A stretch of DNA of 64,000 nt from positions 32,157 to 96,156 of the forward strand of contig DYFB01000015.1 in assembly GCA_020725405.1 (NCBI GenBank), given 5' to 3'. Positions 1 through 9,302 of the stretch are shown in pieces (within the stretch, counting starts at the first letter, position 1; each line of letters starts with the position of its first letter). This DNA comes from Symbiobacterium sp. GTDB lineage: Bacteria > Bacillota > Sulfobacillia > UBA995 > UBA9673. A model generated the notes under the pieces. The model made no database searches and was not told where the DNA came from. It was given only the letters and a program-made list of their open reading frames with translations. The position numbers were made by a program, and so were the translations under genes.

Positions 1-725
1 ACGTCCTCAAGGCTCTCCTCGGGGCGTTCGCGTCCCGCGGGCTCGACCCGCGGATGACCGTGGTTGTCACGGGGATCGGGTGCTGGGGCAAGGCCGACGA
101 CTACATCCGGACCAACGCCATCCACGGCACCCACGGGCGGGCCCTGGCCGTGGCCACCGGGGTCAAGGCCTACCGCCCTGAACTGGCGGTCGTCGCCCTG
201 ATGGGCGACGGCGACTTCGCCACCATCGGGGGCAACCACTTCATCCACGCTGCCCGGCGCAACATCGGGGTTACGGCCGTCGTGGCCAACAACCTGAACT
301 ACGGGATGACGGGGGGCCAGTACTCCGGGACCACACCCGCCGGGAGCCTGACGAGCACCTCGCCGTACGGGCACGCCGAGGAAGGTTTCGATCTCTGCGC
401 CCTGGCCGAGGCTGCCGGGGCGGCCTACGTCGCCCGGACGACGGCTTACCACTATCGCCAGATGGAGACGCTCATCGCCGAGGCCCTCGGGGTGGACGGC
501 TTCTCACTCGTCGAGGTCCTGACGCCCTGTCCGACGTACTACGGGCGCCTGAACCGCGAAGGTTCGGCTCCGGAGATGTGGCGGGCCCTGAAGGAGCGCG
601 CGAGGGGCGGGTCTTTCGGGTGCCTTGTCCGGCGCGACCGGCCGTCCTTCGCGGAGCGCTACGCCGGGGTCCAGGCGGCGGCCAGGGCTGGAACGGGAAC
701 GGAGGTCGGCCCCGATGCCCGGTAA
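1..725 (+). CDS. korB: 2-oxoacid:ferredoxin oxidoreductase beta subunit (TPP-binding, KorB/PorB-like). It is 5' partial, since the frame stays open back to base 1.
   Basis: Translation GIGCWGK...GDGDFATIGGNHFIHAARRNIGVTAVVANNLNYGMTGGQ is the TPP-binding beta-subunit signature. The ORF has no stop between position 1 and its stop at 723-725. Confidence 0.8.
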   Translation, partial: VLKALLGAFASRGLDPRMTVVVTGIGCWGKADDYIRTNAIHGTHGRALAVATGVKAYRPELAVVALMGDGDFATIGGNHFIHAARRNIGVTAVVANNLNYGMTGGQYSGTTPAGSLTSTSPYGHAEEGFDLCALAEAAGAAYVARTTAYHYRQMETLIAEALGVDGFSLVEVLTPCPTYYGRLNREGSAPEMWRALKERARGGSFGCLVRRDRPSFAERYAGVQAAARAGTGTEVGPDAR

Positions 726-1332
726 AGACGGCCCGCGGGGAACGGAGGGGATGAGGCCCTCCCGCTGGGAGGCTATTCTGGCGGGAGAGGGCGGCCAGGG
801 GCTGGTCGTGGCCGGCATCGTCCTCGGCGAGGCCGCTATTCTCGAGGGGCTCGAGGCGGTCCAGTCCCAGTGGGTCCTCGGCTCGGCGACGCGGGGCAGC
901 CTGTCCCGGTCCGAGGTCGTCATCAGCCGGGACCCCATAGCCTTCCCCCGCGTCAGGCGGGCCGGAGCTCTCCTGGCCCTCACGAGGGCGGCCTTCGAAC
1001 GGCATCGCGACCTCCTGGCCCCTGAAGCCCTGGTCATCGTTGACGAGGACCATGTCCCCGGCGCGGGGCCTGGGGCCCCCGAGGGGGTCGCCCACCGCCT
1101 GCCCGTGGTCAGGACAGCCGGCGAGCTGGGCCTCGCCCGCTCAACCAACATGATCGCCCTCGGAGCGCTCGTGGCCCTGAGCGGCGTGCTGGAGCACGGG
1201 AGCATCGAGCGAGCCATAATGGCCAGGTTCGGCGCGAAGGCCATCCCGAATCTCGAGGCCTACCGGACCGGGGCCCGTCTGGCCGGGGCCCGTCTAGCCG
1301 GGGCCGGGCCGGCCGGAGGAGCGGGGTCGTAG
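715..1332 (+). CDS. korC: 2-oxoacid:ferredoxin oxidoreductase gamma subunit
   Basis: Motif ILAGEGGQGLVVAGIVLGEAA is the gamma-subunit GxGGQG signature. ATG 715 overlaps the korB stop in an ATGA-type junction, with GGAGG 9 nt upstream. An alternative start is 751. Confidence 0.75.
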   Translation: MPGKDGPRGTEGMRPSRWEAILAGEGGQGLVVAGIVLGEAAILEGLEAVQSQWVLGSATRGSLSRSEVVISRDPIAFPRVRRAGALLALTRAAFERHRDLLAPEALVIVDEDHVPGAGPGAPEGVAHRLPVVRTAGELGLARSTNMIALGALVALSGVLEHGSIERAIMARFGAKAIPNLEAYRTGARLAGARLAGAGPAGGAGS

Positions 1333-1481
1333 AGCGTATTCGGCGTTCGGAGGGCGGGGAGGCTCTCCCGGAGAAGCGCGGGCCTATCCCGGCCTCCTGC
1401 GCGCTGGGGGTGCGTCGAGTTGAGAAGGGCCTGGAGCCGCCCGGACGGCGGGAGCGGGCCGGCGGCGGGAGCCGGTGGAGG

Positions 1482-2357
1482 ATGAGGGAGGCCGGCGGCC
1501 GCAGCGGCCGCGCGGACCTCCATGTGCACACGACAGCGTCGGACGGTTCGTTCTCCCCGGCCGAGGCGGTGGACGCCGCCGCGTCCTTGGGTCTGGCCGC
1601 CCTGGCGGTGGCCGACCACGACACGGTCGGAGGAGTCGGCCCGGCCCTGCAGCGGGCCGCCGAGCTCGGCCCCGGGGCGCCGGAAGTCATCCCGGCCGTC
1701 GAGATCAACACGGACTTCGACGAGGGCGAGATCCACATCCTCGGCTACTTCATCGATTGGGAGAACGAGGAGTTCGTCCGCACTCTGGAACGGCTGAGAG
1801 CCGGTCGGCTCAACCGGGCCACCCGGATACTCCATAAGCTGGAGTCCCTGGGAGTTCCCGTCTCACTTGAGAGGATTATTTCGCTACGCGAAGAAGGCTC
1901 TGTAGGTCGCCCCCACGTGGCGCGGGCCATGGTCGAGGCCGGGCACGTCAGGACCATCCGAGAAGCCTTCGAGCGCTACCTGTCGCGCGGTCGACCGGCC
2001 TATGTGGCCCGGGAGCGGTTCACCCCTGTCGAGGCGGTGAGGACTATCGGACGGGCCGGGGGGGTGCCGGTTCTGGCTCACCCCGGGGGAGACGCCACGC
2101 CGGCCCTCATCCGCGAGCTCATCGCGACCGGCCTCGAAGGCATCGAGGTCTTCCACCCCGAGCATGACCGGCGGGAGGAGCTGTACTACGCGGCTCTGGT
2201 TCGGGAGCACGACCTGGTCGCCACGGGCGGGTCGGACAGCCACGGCTCGAACTCGCCCTACGGGGCGGACATCGGAGCCGTTACGGTGGACTACGGCGTC
2301 GTCAAGGAACTGCGGCGCCGAAAGGAAGGGAGGAGGGCAACAAGAGGTGCGGTTTAA
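1482..2357 (+). CDS. PHP-domain phosphoesterase (TrpH/YciV-like 3',5'-nucleoside bisphosphate phosphatase family)
   Basis: DLHVHTTASDG...AVADHD...EIN...LAHP...SDSHG are the histidine/aspartate metal-binding motifs of the PHP fold. Start 1482 (ATG) was chosen 10 aa before DLHVHT, and upstream GTG 1410 is also possible. Confidence 0.7.
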   Translation: MREAGGRSGRADLHVHTTASDGSFSPAEAVDAAASLGLAALAVADHDTVGGVGPALQRAAELGPGAPEVIPAVEINTDFDEGEIHILGYFIDWENEEFVRTLERLRAGRLNRATRILHKLESLGVPVSLERIISLREEGSVGRPHVARAMVEAGHVRTIREAFERYLSRGRPAYVARERFTPVEAVRTIGRAGGVPVLAHPGGDATPALIRELIATGLEGIEVFHPEHDRREELYYAALVREHDLVATGGSDSHGSNSPYGADIGAVTVDYGVVKELRRRKEGRRATRGAV

Positions 2358-3813
2358 GCACGATGAATGGCGCAAGCTGAGCGAGCAGGCCCTCGAATAC
2401 CTGCGCCCCAAGGTCGACTACGCCGACATCCGGTTCGTGTCCAGGCGCGGGCAGAGAGTCTCGGTCAAGAACGGGGCCGTCGAAGGGGTGACGGCCTCCT
2501 CGGACACGGGCTTCGGCGTGCGGGTCCTCCGCGACGGGGCCTGGGGGTTCGCTTCGAGCTCCACTCCCGGCCTGGAGGAGGTTCTGGCCGTCGCCGACCG
2601 GGCTCTGGGCATCGCCAAGGCGTCGGCGACGGTCAAGGGGGAAAGGGCGGTTCTGGCGCCGGTCGATCCGGTCGAGGACGCCTGGAGCTCACCCTACAAG
2701 GAAGACCCCCTCGAGGTGAAGCTTGAGGAGAAGCTCGGGCTTCTTCTGGAGGCCGAGAAGCTTGTCCGCAAGGGCGGCGAGGGCAAGGTGATGGTCGCCC
2801 AGGCTGGCACGGGAGCGCGGCGGGAGGAGAAGTCCTTCGCCAGCACCGAAGGGGCCTACATCGAGCAGGAGATCGTCGAGTGCGGGGCCGGGCTGTCGGC
2901 CTACGCCGTCGGCCCCGGGGAGCTGCAGCGCCGGACGTACCCGAACGCCGACCGGGAGCTGTCAGGCTGTTACGGCTGGGAGGCCGTGAAGAGGCTCGAC
3001 CTTCTGGGGAGCGCCGAGAGGGTCGGCCGTGAGGCGGGCCAGCTCCTCGAAGCCAAGCCCTGCCCGTCGGGTGAGAAGGACGTCATCCTCGACAGCACCC
3101 AGATGGTGCTTCAGATTCACGAATCCTGCGGCCACCCGACAGAGCTCGACAGGGTGTTCGGCACCGAGGCTGGCTACGCCGGGACGAGCTTCCTCACCCC
3201 GGAGAAGCTCGGGAAGTTCCGTTACGGCTCGGAGAACGTGACCCTGGTGGCCGACGCGACCGTTCCGCACGGACTCGGGACGTTCAAGTACGACGATGAA
3301 GGCGTTCGAGCCCAGCGCACGGTTCTGGTCGACCGGGGGCTCTTCACGAACTACATGACCTCGAGGGAGACCGCCCAGCGCCTCGGGCAGACCTCCAACG
3401 GCACGATGCGGGCTGACGGATGGAACCGGCCGCCTCTCATCCGGATGACCAACATCAACCTCGAGCCGGGGGACTGGACGCTCGAGGAGATGATCCGGGA
3501 CACCAAGGACGGCCTCCTGATGGAGATCAACAAGAGCTGGTCGATCGACGACCGCCGGCTGAACTTCCAGTTCGGGTGTGAGGTGGCCTGGGAGATAAAG
3601 GACGGGGCCCTGGGCGAGATGATCAAGAACCCCAACTACACGGGCATCACCCCCGAGTTCTGGGGCGGGTGCGACGCCGTGGCCGACCGGAAGCACTGGA
3701 AGCTGTGGGGGACGCCGAACTGCGGGAAGGGCGAACCCTCGCAGATAGCCCACGTCGGACACGGTGCGGCGCCGACGCGGTTCCGCAAGGTGAAGGTGGG
3801 TGTCGGCCGATGA
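2347..3813 (+). CDS. tldD: TldD metalloprotease (peptidase U62, TldD/PmbA family)
   Basis: The 488-aa product carries DxxxGxG/HESCGH-type motifs (IHESCGHPTE). GTG 2347 has GGGAGGAGG 12 nt upstream. The gene is tightly coupled to the next one. Confidence 0.85.
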   Translation: MRFKHDEWRKLSEQALEYLRPKVDYADIRFVSRRGQRVSVKNGAVEGVTASSDTGFGVRVLRDGAWGFASSSTPGLEEVLAVADRALGIAKASATVKGERAVLAPVDPVEDAWSSPYKEDPLEVKLEEKLGLLLEAEKLVRKGGEGKVMVAQAGTGARREEKSFASTEGAYIEQEIVECGAGLSAYAVGPGELQRRTYPNADRELSGCYGWEAVKRLDLLGSAERVGREAGQLLEAKPCPSGEKDVILDSTQMVLQIHESCGHPTELDRVFGTEAGYAGTSFLTPEKLGKFRYGSENVTLVADATVPHGLGTFKYDDEGVRAQRTVLVDRGLFTNYMTSRETAQRLGQTSNGTMRADGWNRPPLIRMTNINLEPGDWTLEEMIRDTKDGLLMEINKSWSIDDRRLNFQFGCEVAWEIKDGALGEMIKNPNYTGITPEFWGGCDAVADRKHWKLWGTPNCGKGEPSQIAHVGHGAAPTRFRKVKVGVGR

Positions 3814-5162
3814 TGATGAGAGAGCGCGTGCTCGAGGTCCTCGAGAAGACCCTGCGGTTCGGCGCGGCCGATCAGACCGAGGTTGTCATCATCGGAGGCG
3901 ACACTTACCTTACCCGCTACGCCACTAACTACATCCACCAGAACACCGCTGAGAGCAACGCCGAGGTCTTTGTGCGTTCGGTCTTCGGGAAGAAGATCGG
4001 GGTCGCCACGACCAACGCTCTCGACGACGGCTCCCTCCAGGGAGCCGTCAGGGCCAGCGAGGATATCGCTCGGGTCCAGCCGGACATCCCGGACTTCGTC
4101 TCCCTGCCCTCACCCGAGGACGCCGGAGGTCCCGTCGGAGACCTGGTCTTCGGCCGGAGCACGGCCGAGTTCAGTCCGGAGGATAGGGCCGCCGCGGTGG
4201 GACGGGTGACGGCCCTCGCCGCCCGGCACGGCTTCGAGGCCGCCGGGGCTTTCCAGACCGGGGTGGTCAGACTGGCCGTCGGGAACTCGCTCGGGGTCAG
4301 GCAGTACGGGGAGACGACCCGGGCGTCCTTGACGGCTATCGTCATGGGGCCGAGCGGGTCCGGCTACGCCGACGGCCTCTCGGTCGAGGCCTCGACCATC
4401 GATGTGGACCGGGTAGCCGAGACCGCGGTCCGGAAGTGCCGCGACGCGCAGGACCCCGTCGCGGTCGAGCCCGGGGACTACGAGGTCGTCCTCGAGCCCG
4501 CCGCCGTCGCCGACCTCGTCGGCTTCCTGGGCTATCTCGGACTCGGGGCCCTGGCTCTCCAGGAAGGCCGGAGCTTCGCCAGCGGGCGCCTCGGTCAGAA
4601 GGTGACCGGAGAGGACTTCACCCTTTGGGACGACGGGAGCGACCCCGCCGGCCTCCCGTTCCCGTTCGATTTCGAGGGCGTCCGCCGGCGGAAGGTGGTC
4701 CTCATCGAGAGCGGCGTGGTCAAGAACGTGGTCTACGATAGCTTCACGGCCGGGCGCGAGGCCGGACGGAAGTCCACCGGGCACGCGCTCCCGCCGATGT
4801 ACCACTACGGGCCTCTCCCGCTCAACATGTTTGTCAAGACCGGCGACGCCACGCTTGAGGAGATGGTGAAGGGCACCAGGCGCGGGCTTCTCGTGACCCG
4901 GTTCCACTACACCAACCCGCTTCACCCGGTGCTGACGACGATAACCGGGATGACCCGCGACGGGACGTTCCTTATCGAGGAGGGGCGGGTCAAGGGACCG
5001 GTCAAGAACCTGCGCTTCACCAACAGCATCCTCGACGCGCTCTCCGAGATAGAGGCTGTCTCGAGCGAGGCCCGGCTCAGCGAGATGTTCGGCCTGGGTG
5101 CGATCAGCGCCCCGGCCATGAAGCTGAGGAAGTTCACCTTCACGGGGGCGACGCAGTTCTAG
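3810..5162 (+). CDS. pmbA: PmbA/TldE (TldD partner, peptidase U62 family)
   Basis: ATG 3810 overlaps the tldD stop (ATGA). The 450-aa product has TldD/PmbA family architecture and sits in the conserved tldD-pmbA pairing. Confidence 0.85.
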   Translation: MMMRERVLEVLEKTLRFGAADQTEVVIIGGDTYLTRYATNYIHQNTAESNAEVFVRSVFGKKIGVATTNALDDGSLQGAVRASEDIARVQPDIPDFVSLPSPEDAGGPVGDLVFGRSTAEFSPEDRAAAVGRVTALAARHGFEAAGAFQTGVVRLAVGNSLGVRQYGETTRASLTAIVMGPSGSGYADGLSVEASTIDVDRVAETAVRKCRDAQDPVAVEPGDYEVVLEPAAVADLVGFLGYLGLGALALQEGRSFASGRLGQKVTGEDFTLWDDGSDPAGLPFPFDFEGVRRRKVVLIESGVVKNVVYDSFTAGREAGRKSTGHALPPMYHYGPLPLNMFVKTGDATLEEMVKGTRRGLLVTRFHYTNPLHPVLTTITGMTRDGTFLIEEGRVKGPVKNLRFTNSILDALSEIEAVSSEARLSEMFGLGAISAPAMKLRKFTFTGATQF

Positions 5163-5240
5163 GAGGCGAAGACAGGGTCGCGGCTCGAACTGAGCTGCAG
5201 TCCTGACGCTCTTCGGGGACAGCGGCCCCGGAAGAGAGGT

Positions 5241-5269
5241 GGGGCGGGCCCCTTGAGTGGGCCCGCCCC
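5241..5269. terminator. Perfect GC hairpin (11-bp stem GGGGCGGGCCC, 7-nt loop) 80 nt downstream of pmbA. It is a possible U-tract-less terminator or an RNA structural element.
   Basis: The inverted repeat ggggcgggccc-cttgagt-gggcccgcccc can be read directly. No T-run follows it. Confidence 0.35.
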
Positions 5270-5367
5270 CGCTGGGGGCCCGACAAGCGGGTTGCTCCCG
5301 CCGCCCGGCTGGCTCTTCCCTCCCGACCCGGCTTCGGGCAGCCAGAATACTCCGCTTCTGCCAGGTC

Positions 5368-5373
5368 TATAAT
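5368..5373 (+). promoter_or_regulatory. Isolated TATAAT -10 hexamer in GC-rich DNA upstream of a small coiled-coil ORF
   Basis: tctataat is a perfect -10, but the -35 is weak. It is conspicuous against ~70% GC. Confidence 0.3.
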
Positions 5374-5433
5374 ATGGTTGCTAGCCGGGGCCGGGCGCCT
5401 CACCACACGCGGACCGGGGGAGGGGGAGCGAGT

Positions 5434-5763
5434 TTGACGAGCCGCACTCTCGAGACGTCGCGCCGGTCCGAGAGGGAGGGGCTCGCGGGAGGGCCTGACG
5501 CCGACGGTCTGCGCCACCGCCTGGTCGACCTCGAATCGCGGGTCAGGGCCCTGGCCGTCTCTAGGCGGGTCCTGATCAACCTTCTTGTCAGCGCGGACAA
5601 GCGCCGGCGGCACGAAGTCGCAGCCCTGAAGGTTGAAGTGGAGAAGCTTCGCCGGAGGAACGCCCGCTACGAAAAGGCCCTCGCCACGAGGGATGCCGTC
5701 ATCCACCGTCTCCGGCACCGGATCGAAGAGGTCCTGCGCGGCGGACAGGACGCCGGCTCTTAG
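5434..5763 (+). CDS. Hypothetical small coiled-coil protein (109 aa, Arg/Leu-rich heptads)
   Basis: TTG 5434 is preceded by GGAGG/GGGAG at 5-10 nt and lies 60 nt downstream of the TATAAT. The C-terminal 70 aa are heptad-like (LVDLESRVRALAVSRRVLINLL...EVEKLRRRNARYEKALATRDAVIHRLRHRIEEVL). Upstream in-frame ATG 5374 abuts the -10 box and was not used. Confidence 0.4.
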   Translation: MTSRTLETSRRSEREGLAGGPDADGLRHRLVDLESRVRALAVSRRVLINLLVSADKRRRHEVAALKVEVEKLRRRNARYEKALATRDAVIHRLRHRIEEVLRGGQDAGS

Positions 5764-5861
5764 CGAGGCCGGCGGGCACAGGATTCCAGGGCCGACGGAC
5801 CGAACCCCCTTCCGATACTTGCGGTGACTTCCGGTCGTCTGTCCGCGCGGGAGGTTAGCCT

Positions 5862-6644
5862 GTGACCACCTTGCCCGAGCGCGAGAGCCTCACCGTGGAC
5901 CTCAACGCCGACCTCGGCGAGGGCTTCGGGGTCTGGCGCCTGGGACCCGACGAGGACATGATGGTTTTCATCACCTCGGCCAACGTGGCCTGCGGGCTTC
6001 ACGCCGGCGACCCCGGGACCATGCGACGCACGGTGCGAATGGCCCGGGAGCGGGGAGTGGTCGTGGGAGCTCATCCCGGCTACCCCGACCTCGCCGGGTT
6101 CGGGCGCCGTCCGATGAACATGCCCCCCGGAGAACTCATCGACATCCTCCTTTACCAGATAGGGGCCCTCCAGGCCGTGGCCCGGGCCGAAGGAACGGCG
6201 GTCAGGTACGTCAAGGTCCATGGAGCCCTCTACAACCAGGCCGCGCAGGAGCCGGAAGCTGCTTGGGCCGTGGCCGAGGCCCTCCGGCAGACCGGCGGGG
6301 ACCTCCCGCTTGTGGGCCCGCCCGCCTCGGCCATGGCCGACGCGGCCGCCCGGGCCGGGCTCCGCTTCGTCGCCGAGGGGTTCGCCGATCGGACCTACGA
6401 GGACGACGGTCGTCTCACGCCTCGGAGCCGGCCGGGCGCCGTGCTGACCGATCCGGAGGCGGTGGCGGCCCGGGTGGTATCGCTCGTCCGCGACAGGGCG
6501 GTTCTCAGCCGGGACGGGTCGCGCGTCCCTCTGGCGGTCGAGACGGTGTGCCTGCACGGCGACACCCCCGGGGCCCTTCGCCTGGCGCGGGCCGTCCGGC
6601 AGGCCCTCGAGGAGGCCGGGGTCCGGGTGGCTTCCTTTGCCTAG
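5862..6644 (+). CDS. pxpA: 5-oxoprolinase subunit A (LamB/YcsF family)
   Basis: N-terminus DLNADLGEGFG and the HGALYN motif are the LamB/YcsF signature. GTG 5862 has GGGAGG 10 nt upstream. Confidence 0.85.
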   Translation: MTTLPERESLTVDLNADLGEGFGVWRLGPDEDMMVFITSANVACGLHAGDPGTMRRTVRMARERGVVVGAHPGYPDLAGFGRRPMNMPPGELIDILLYQIGALQAVARAEGTAVRYVKVHGALYNQAAQEPEAAWAVAEALRQTGGDLPLVGPPASAMADAAARAGLRFVAEGFADRTYEDDGRLTPRSRPGAVLTDPEAVAARVVSLVRDRAVLSRDGSRVPLAVETVCLHGDTPGALRLARAVRQALEEAGVRVASFA

Positions 6645-8655
6645 ACCCTGCTCCGGAGACGAGCCGTTCCCCCGCTGTCGCCCCGTCGGAGACCGGCACC
6701 TCGTCCTCGAGTTCGGCGAAGGCATCGACGAGGACCTGAACCTGCTCGTCTACCGGACCGAGCGGATCCTCCTCGCCTCCGGGGCTCCCGGGATCCTCGA
6801 GACCACGCCGGCCTACAGCTCCCTCCTCGTACGCCTCGATCCGACCCTTCTGGGGTACGGGCCGGCAACGCGGCTCTGTTTGACGGCGGCTAGGGCCGCC
6901 TCCGGGCAGGCGCGGGTCCGTGCCGCATCCGGGCCCGACTCGCCGGAGGCCGCGGGCGTCGCGGACCCCCTGTCGGCCGATGTCTCCGGCGAGGTGGTGG
7001 TTCCCGTCGTCTACGGAGGGGAGTGGGGCCCGGACCTCGGTGATGTCGCCCGCCATACCGGGCTCCCGGCGGCTGAGATCATCCGCCGCCACGCAAGCGG
7101 CAGGTACCGCGTGTATATGGTCGGCTTTGCTCCCGGCTTCCCGTACCTCGGCGGAATGGACCCTGCGCTGGCCACCCCTCGCCTCGCGGTCGCCCGCCCG
7201 CGGGTGCCGGCCGGCTCCGTCGGCATCGCCGGCGCCCAGACCGGCGTTTACCCCCAGGAGCTTCCCGGGGGATGGCGGATCATCGGTCGGACGCCGCTCC
7301 GGGTCTGGCGGCCGGAGAACGATGAGGAGCCGTGTCTTCTCGCTCCGGGACGCCGGGTGCGGTTCGTCAACGCCGGACCGGGGGAGGTGGGATGGCGCGA
7401 GGCCCTGGCCATGGCGTCCGGGGCCGTCTCCGGAGCCGTTCGGGAAGACGCGAGCCCCGGCCGGTACCGGGCGCGATTCGGGTCGTCCGGCCGGGTCGGG
7501 GCCGACGGCGGGGCAGGGCCCGAAGGGCCATCGACCGGACCGGGGTCTCCGGCGCCGGTGGCCGTGGTCAGGCGCCCCGGACCCCTAACGACGGTGCAGG
7601 ACGGCGGAAGGTGGGGTTACTCGCGGCTCGGCGTCCCGGAGAGCGGGGCTCTCGACCCCCCGGCCCTGGCGGCCGCCAATCGGGCCGTGGGGAACCCGCC
7701 GGCAGCCGCCGGGCTCGAGGTGACGTTCGGGGGCCTCGAGCTCGAGTTTCTGGGCCGGGCCATCGTGGCTGTAAGCCCCGGAGCAGGGGCCGAGCTCGAC
7801 GGACGTCGGCTCGAAGAAGGGCGGGCTGTCCCGGTTGCCGAGGGGGCGCGGCTGTCCTTCGGCAGGGGGAGCTGGCCCCGGGCCTACCTCGCTCTGGCCG
7901 GCGGGGTGGCCTGCCCCGTGGTTCTCGGGAGCCGGTCGACCTACCTCGCCGCTTCTCTAGGGGGGTACGAGGGACGGGCCCTGCGGAGCGGGGACGTCAT
8001 CCATGCCGGCCCCCATCGGACCGAGGCTCCTCTCTCCGTGGCGCCCCCCGCCTCCGCGCCGGACCGGGCGGGAGGGGCTCTGGCGGCGCCGGGTCGGGGG
8101 GATGACCTCCTTGAGGTCCCCGGCTCCGCCGGCGTGACCCGGGTGAGGGTCGTCCCGGGCCCTCAGGACCATCTCTTCGAGGAAGCGGCCCACGAACTCT
8201 TCTACTCCTCGGACTGGCGCGTACTGGAAGCGAGCGACCGCCGGGCCTGCCTTCTCGAGGGCCCGCGGCTGCCGGCCCCGGACGGAGCGGGCCTGTCAGA
8301 CGGGACGCCGGCTGGTTCGGTCCAGGTCCCCCCCTCGGGGAAGCCCATCGTCCTTCTCGCCGACCACCAGACCACCGGGGGCTACGCCAAGATAGCCACG
8401 GTGGTCAGCGCCGACCTGCCTCTTCTCGGCCGGGCCTGGCCGGGGTCCGTCGTGAGGTTCACGCCCGTGAGGCCGGAAGCGCTCCTGTCGGCTGCGGCGA
8501 GCCTCGAGGCCCGGACCTCTCAGACGGTGGTGCGGGGCTCGGCGGTCGAGGCGCCCCCGGAGAAGAACAGCGGCCGCGCACGAGGGGCGGTTGTCCGCCT
8601 GGAATTCGCAGGCCGGGTCCATCTGGTCAGCATCCGTCCGTCCGTGCGCGCCTGA
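6637..8655 (+). CDS. pxpBC: Fused 5-oxoprolinase subunits B and C (KipI/allophanate hydrolase subunit 1 domain + KipA/subunit 2 domain) in one 672-aa polypeptide
   Basis: The N-terminal half (VGDRHLVLEFGEGID...YMVGFAPGFPYLGG) is PxpB-like. After a Gly/Ser/Pro linker comes LTTVQDGGRWGYSRLGVPESGALD...HQTTGGYAKIA, which is PxpC-like. TTG 6637 overlaps the pxpA stop. Confidence 0.8.
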   Translation: MPRPCSGDEPFPRCRPVGDRHLVLEFGEGIDEDLNLLVYRTERILLASGAPGILETTPAYSSLLVRLDPTLLGYGPATRLCLTAARAASGQARVRAASGPDSPEAAGVADPLSADVSGEVVVPVVYGGEWGPDLGDVARHTGLPAAEIIRRHASGRYRVYMVGFAPGFPYLGGMDPALATPRLAVARPRVPAGSVGIAGAQTGVYPQELPGGWRIIGRTPLRVWRPENDEEPCLLAPGRRVRFVNAGPGEVGWREALAMASGAVSGAVREDASPGRYRARFGSSGRVGADGGAGPEGPSTGPGSPAPVAVVRRPGPLTTVQDGGRWGYSRLGVPESGALDPPALAAANRAVGNPPAAAGLEVTFGGLELEFLGRAIVAVSPGAGAELDGRRLEEGRAVPVAEGARLSFGRGSWPRAYLALAGGVACPVVLGSRSTYLAASLGGYEGRALRSGDVIHAGPHRTEAPLSVAPPASAPDRAGGALAAPGRGDDLLEVPGSAGVTRVRVVPGPQDHLFEEAAHELFYSSDWRVLEASDRRACLLEGPRLPAPDGAGLSDGTPAGSVQVPPSGKPIVLLADHQTTGGYAKIATVVSADLPLLGRAWPGSVVRFTPVRPEALLSAAASLEARTSQTVVRGSAVEAPPEKNSGRARGAVVRLEFAGRVHLVSIRPSVRA

Positions 8656-8711
8656 GCCGAGCGGGACCCCACTTGAGCCCGCCCGGCCTTCCAGACCCCT
8701 CGAGGCTGGCT

Positions 8712-9140
8712 CTAGACCCGACCTGCGTGTCCGCGCAGAATCATGGGAGCAGCGAACCGCGGGGCGAGAGCGGGACCTACCCCGAAGGGGGCTGCCGGCT
8801 GCAGGCCGGCCCCCTGAGCGATGCGCTCTTCGGCCAGGGCGATCATCCGCCGGACCATCTGACCGCCGATCTCGCCGCCCAGGTGACCTCCGATGGCCCC
8901 GACGTCGCGTGTCGGCATGTCGGCCCACCCTAGACTGCGAACCTTCTGGTCCAGCCCGAGCTCCTCGGCGATATGCCACTTGTAGTGCTCGAGGAGCTGG
9001 CGGTAGGTCCAGGGGTCGGCGGCTCCCGGGGCGGTCTCGGGCTGCTTGGCGACCCCGGTCTCACTGAGCACCGAGTACTTGAGCTGATCGAGGGCTGTCC
9101 GGGCCTCGGGAACGAGAGCCCGGCGTCTTCTTCTGGCCAC
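8712..9140 (-). CDS. ssp: Alpha/beta-type small acid-soluble spore protein with an N-terminal extension or partial internal duplication and a long C-terminal tail (142 aa)
   Basis: The core LEHYKWHIAEELGLDQKV...TRDVGAIGGHLGGEIGGQMVRRMIALAEE matches the SASP germination-protease-site and DNA-binding motifs (KYEIAxExG...TSRxxGxVGGEITKRLV). It is preceded by a second, partial copy (ALDQLKYSVLSETGVA). ATG 9140 has GGAGGTG 5 nt upstream. Confidence 0.7.
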   Translation of the reverse strand: MARRRRRALVPEARTALDQLKYSVLSETGVAKQPETAPGAADPWTYRQLLEHYKWHIAEELGLDQKVRSLGWADMPTRDVGAIGGHLGGEIGGQMVRRMIALAEERIAQGAGLQPAAPFGVGPALAPRFAAPMILRGHAGRV

Positions 9141-9302
9141 GTATCCACCTCCCGCAAATCAAGGGTCAGGAGGTAGTATTGGTGGCCGAAACCACCGCCG
9201 ATACTAGCAGTGTCTGGCGAGAACGGCACTCTCTCGATAAAGGCCGGTCGCGGCAGCCACCGCGTGGGACGGCCGGCCAGGCCGGCTGCTGCTCCGTCAT
9301 CC

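Noticed and set aside
472-1244. Long antisense or alternative-frame ORFs (for example 472-1095 minus, 504-1244 minus, and many similar ones throughout the ORF track) with Arg/Pro/Gly/Ala-rich translations
   Set aside because: They overlap well-supported genes on the other strand or frame, lack RBSs, and have the composition expected of open frames in ~70% GC DNA. I treated them as artefacts.
5374-5376. In-frame ATG as the start of the small coiled-coil ORF
   Set aside because: It lies immediately after the TATAAT hexamer, so it cannot be on a transcript from that promoter. The TTG at 5434 with an SD was preferred, although read-through from pmbA could still use the ATG.
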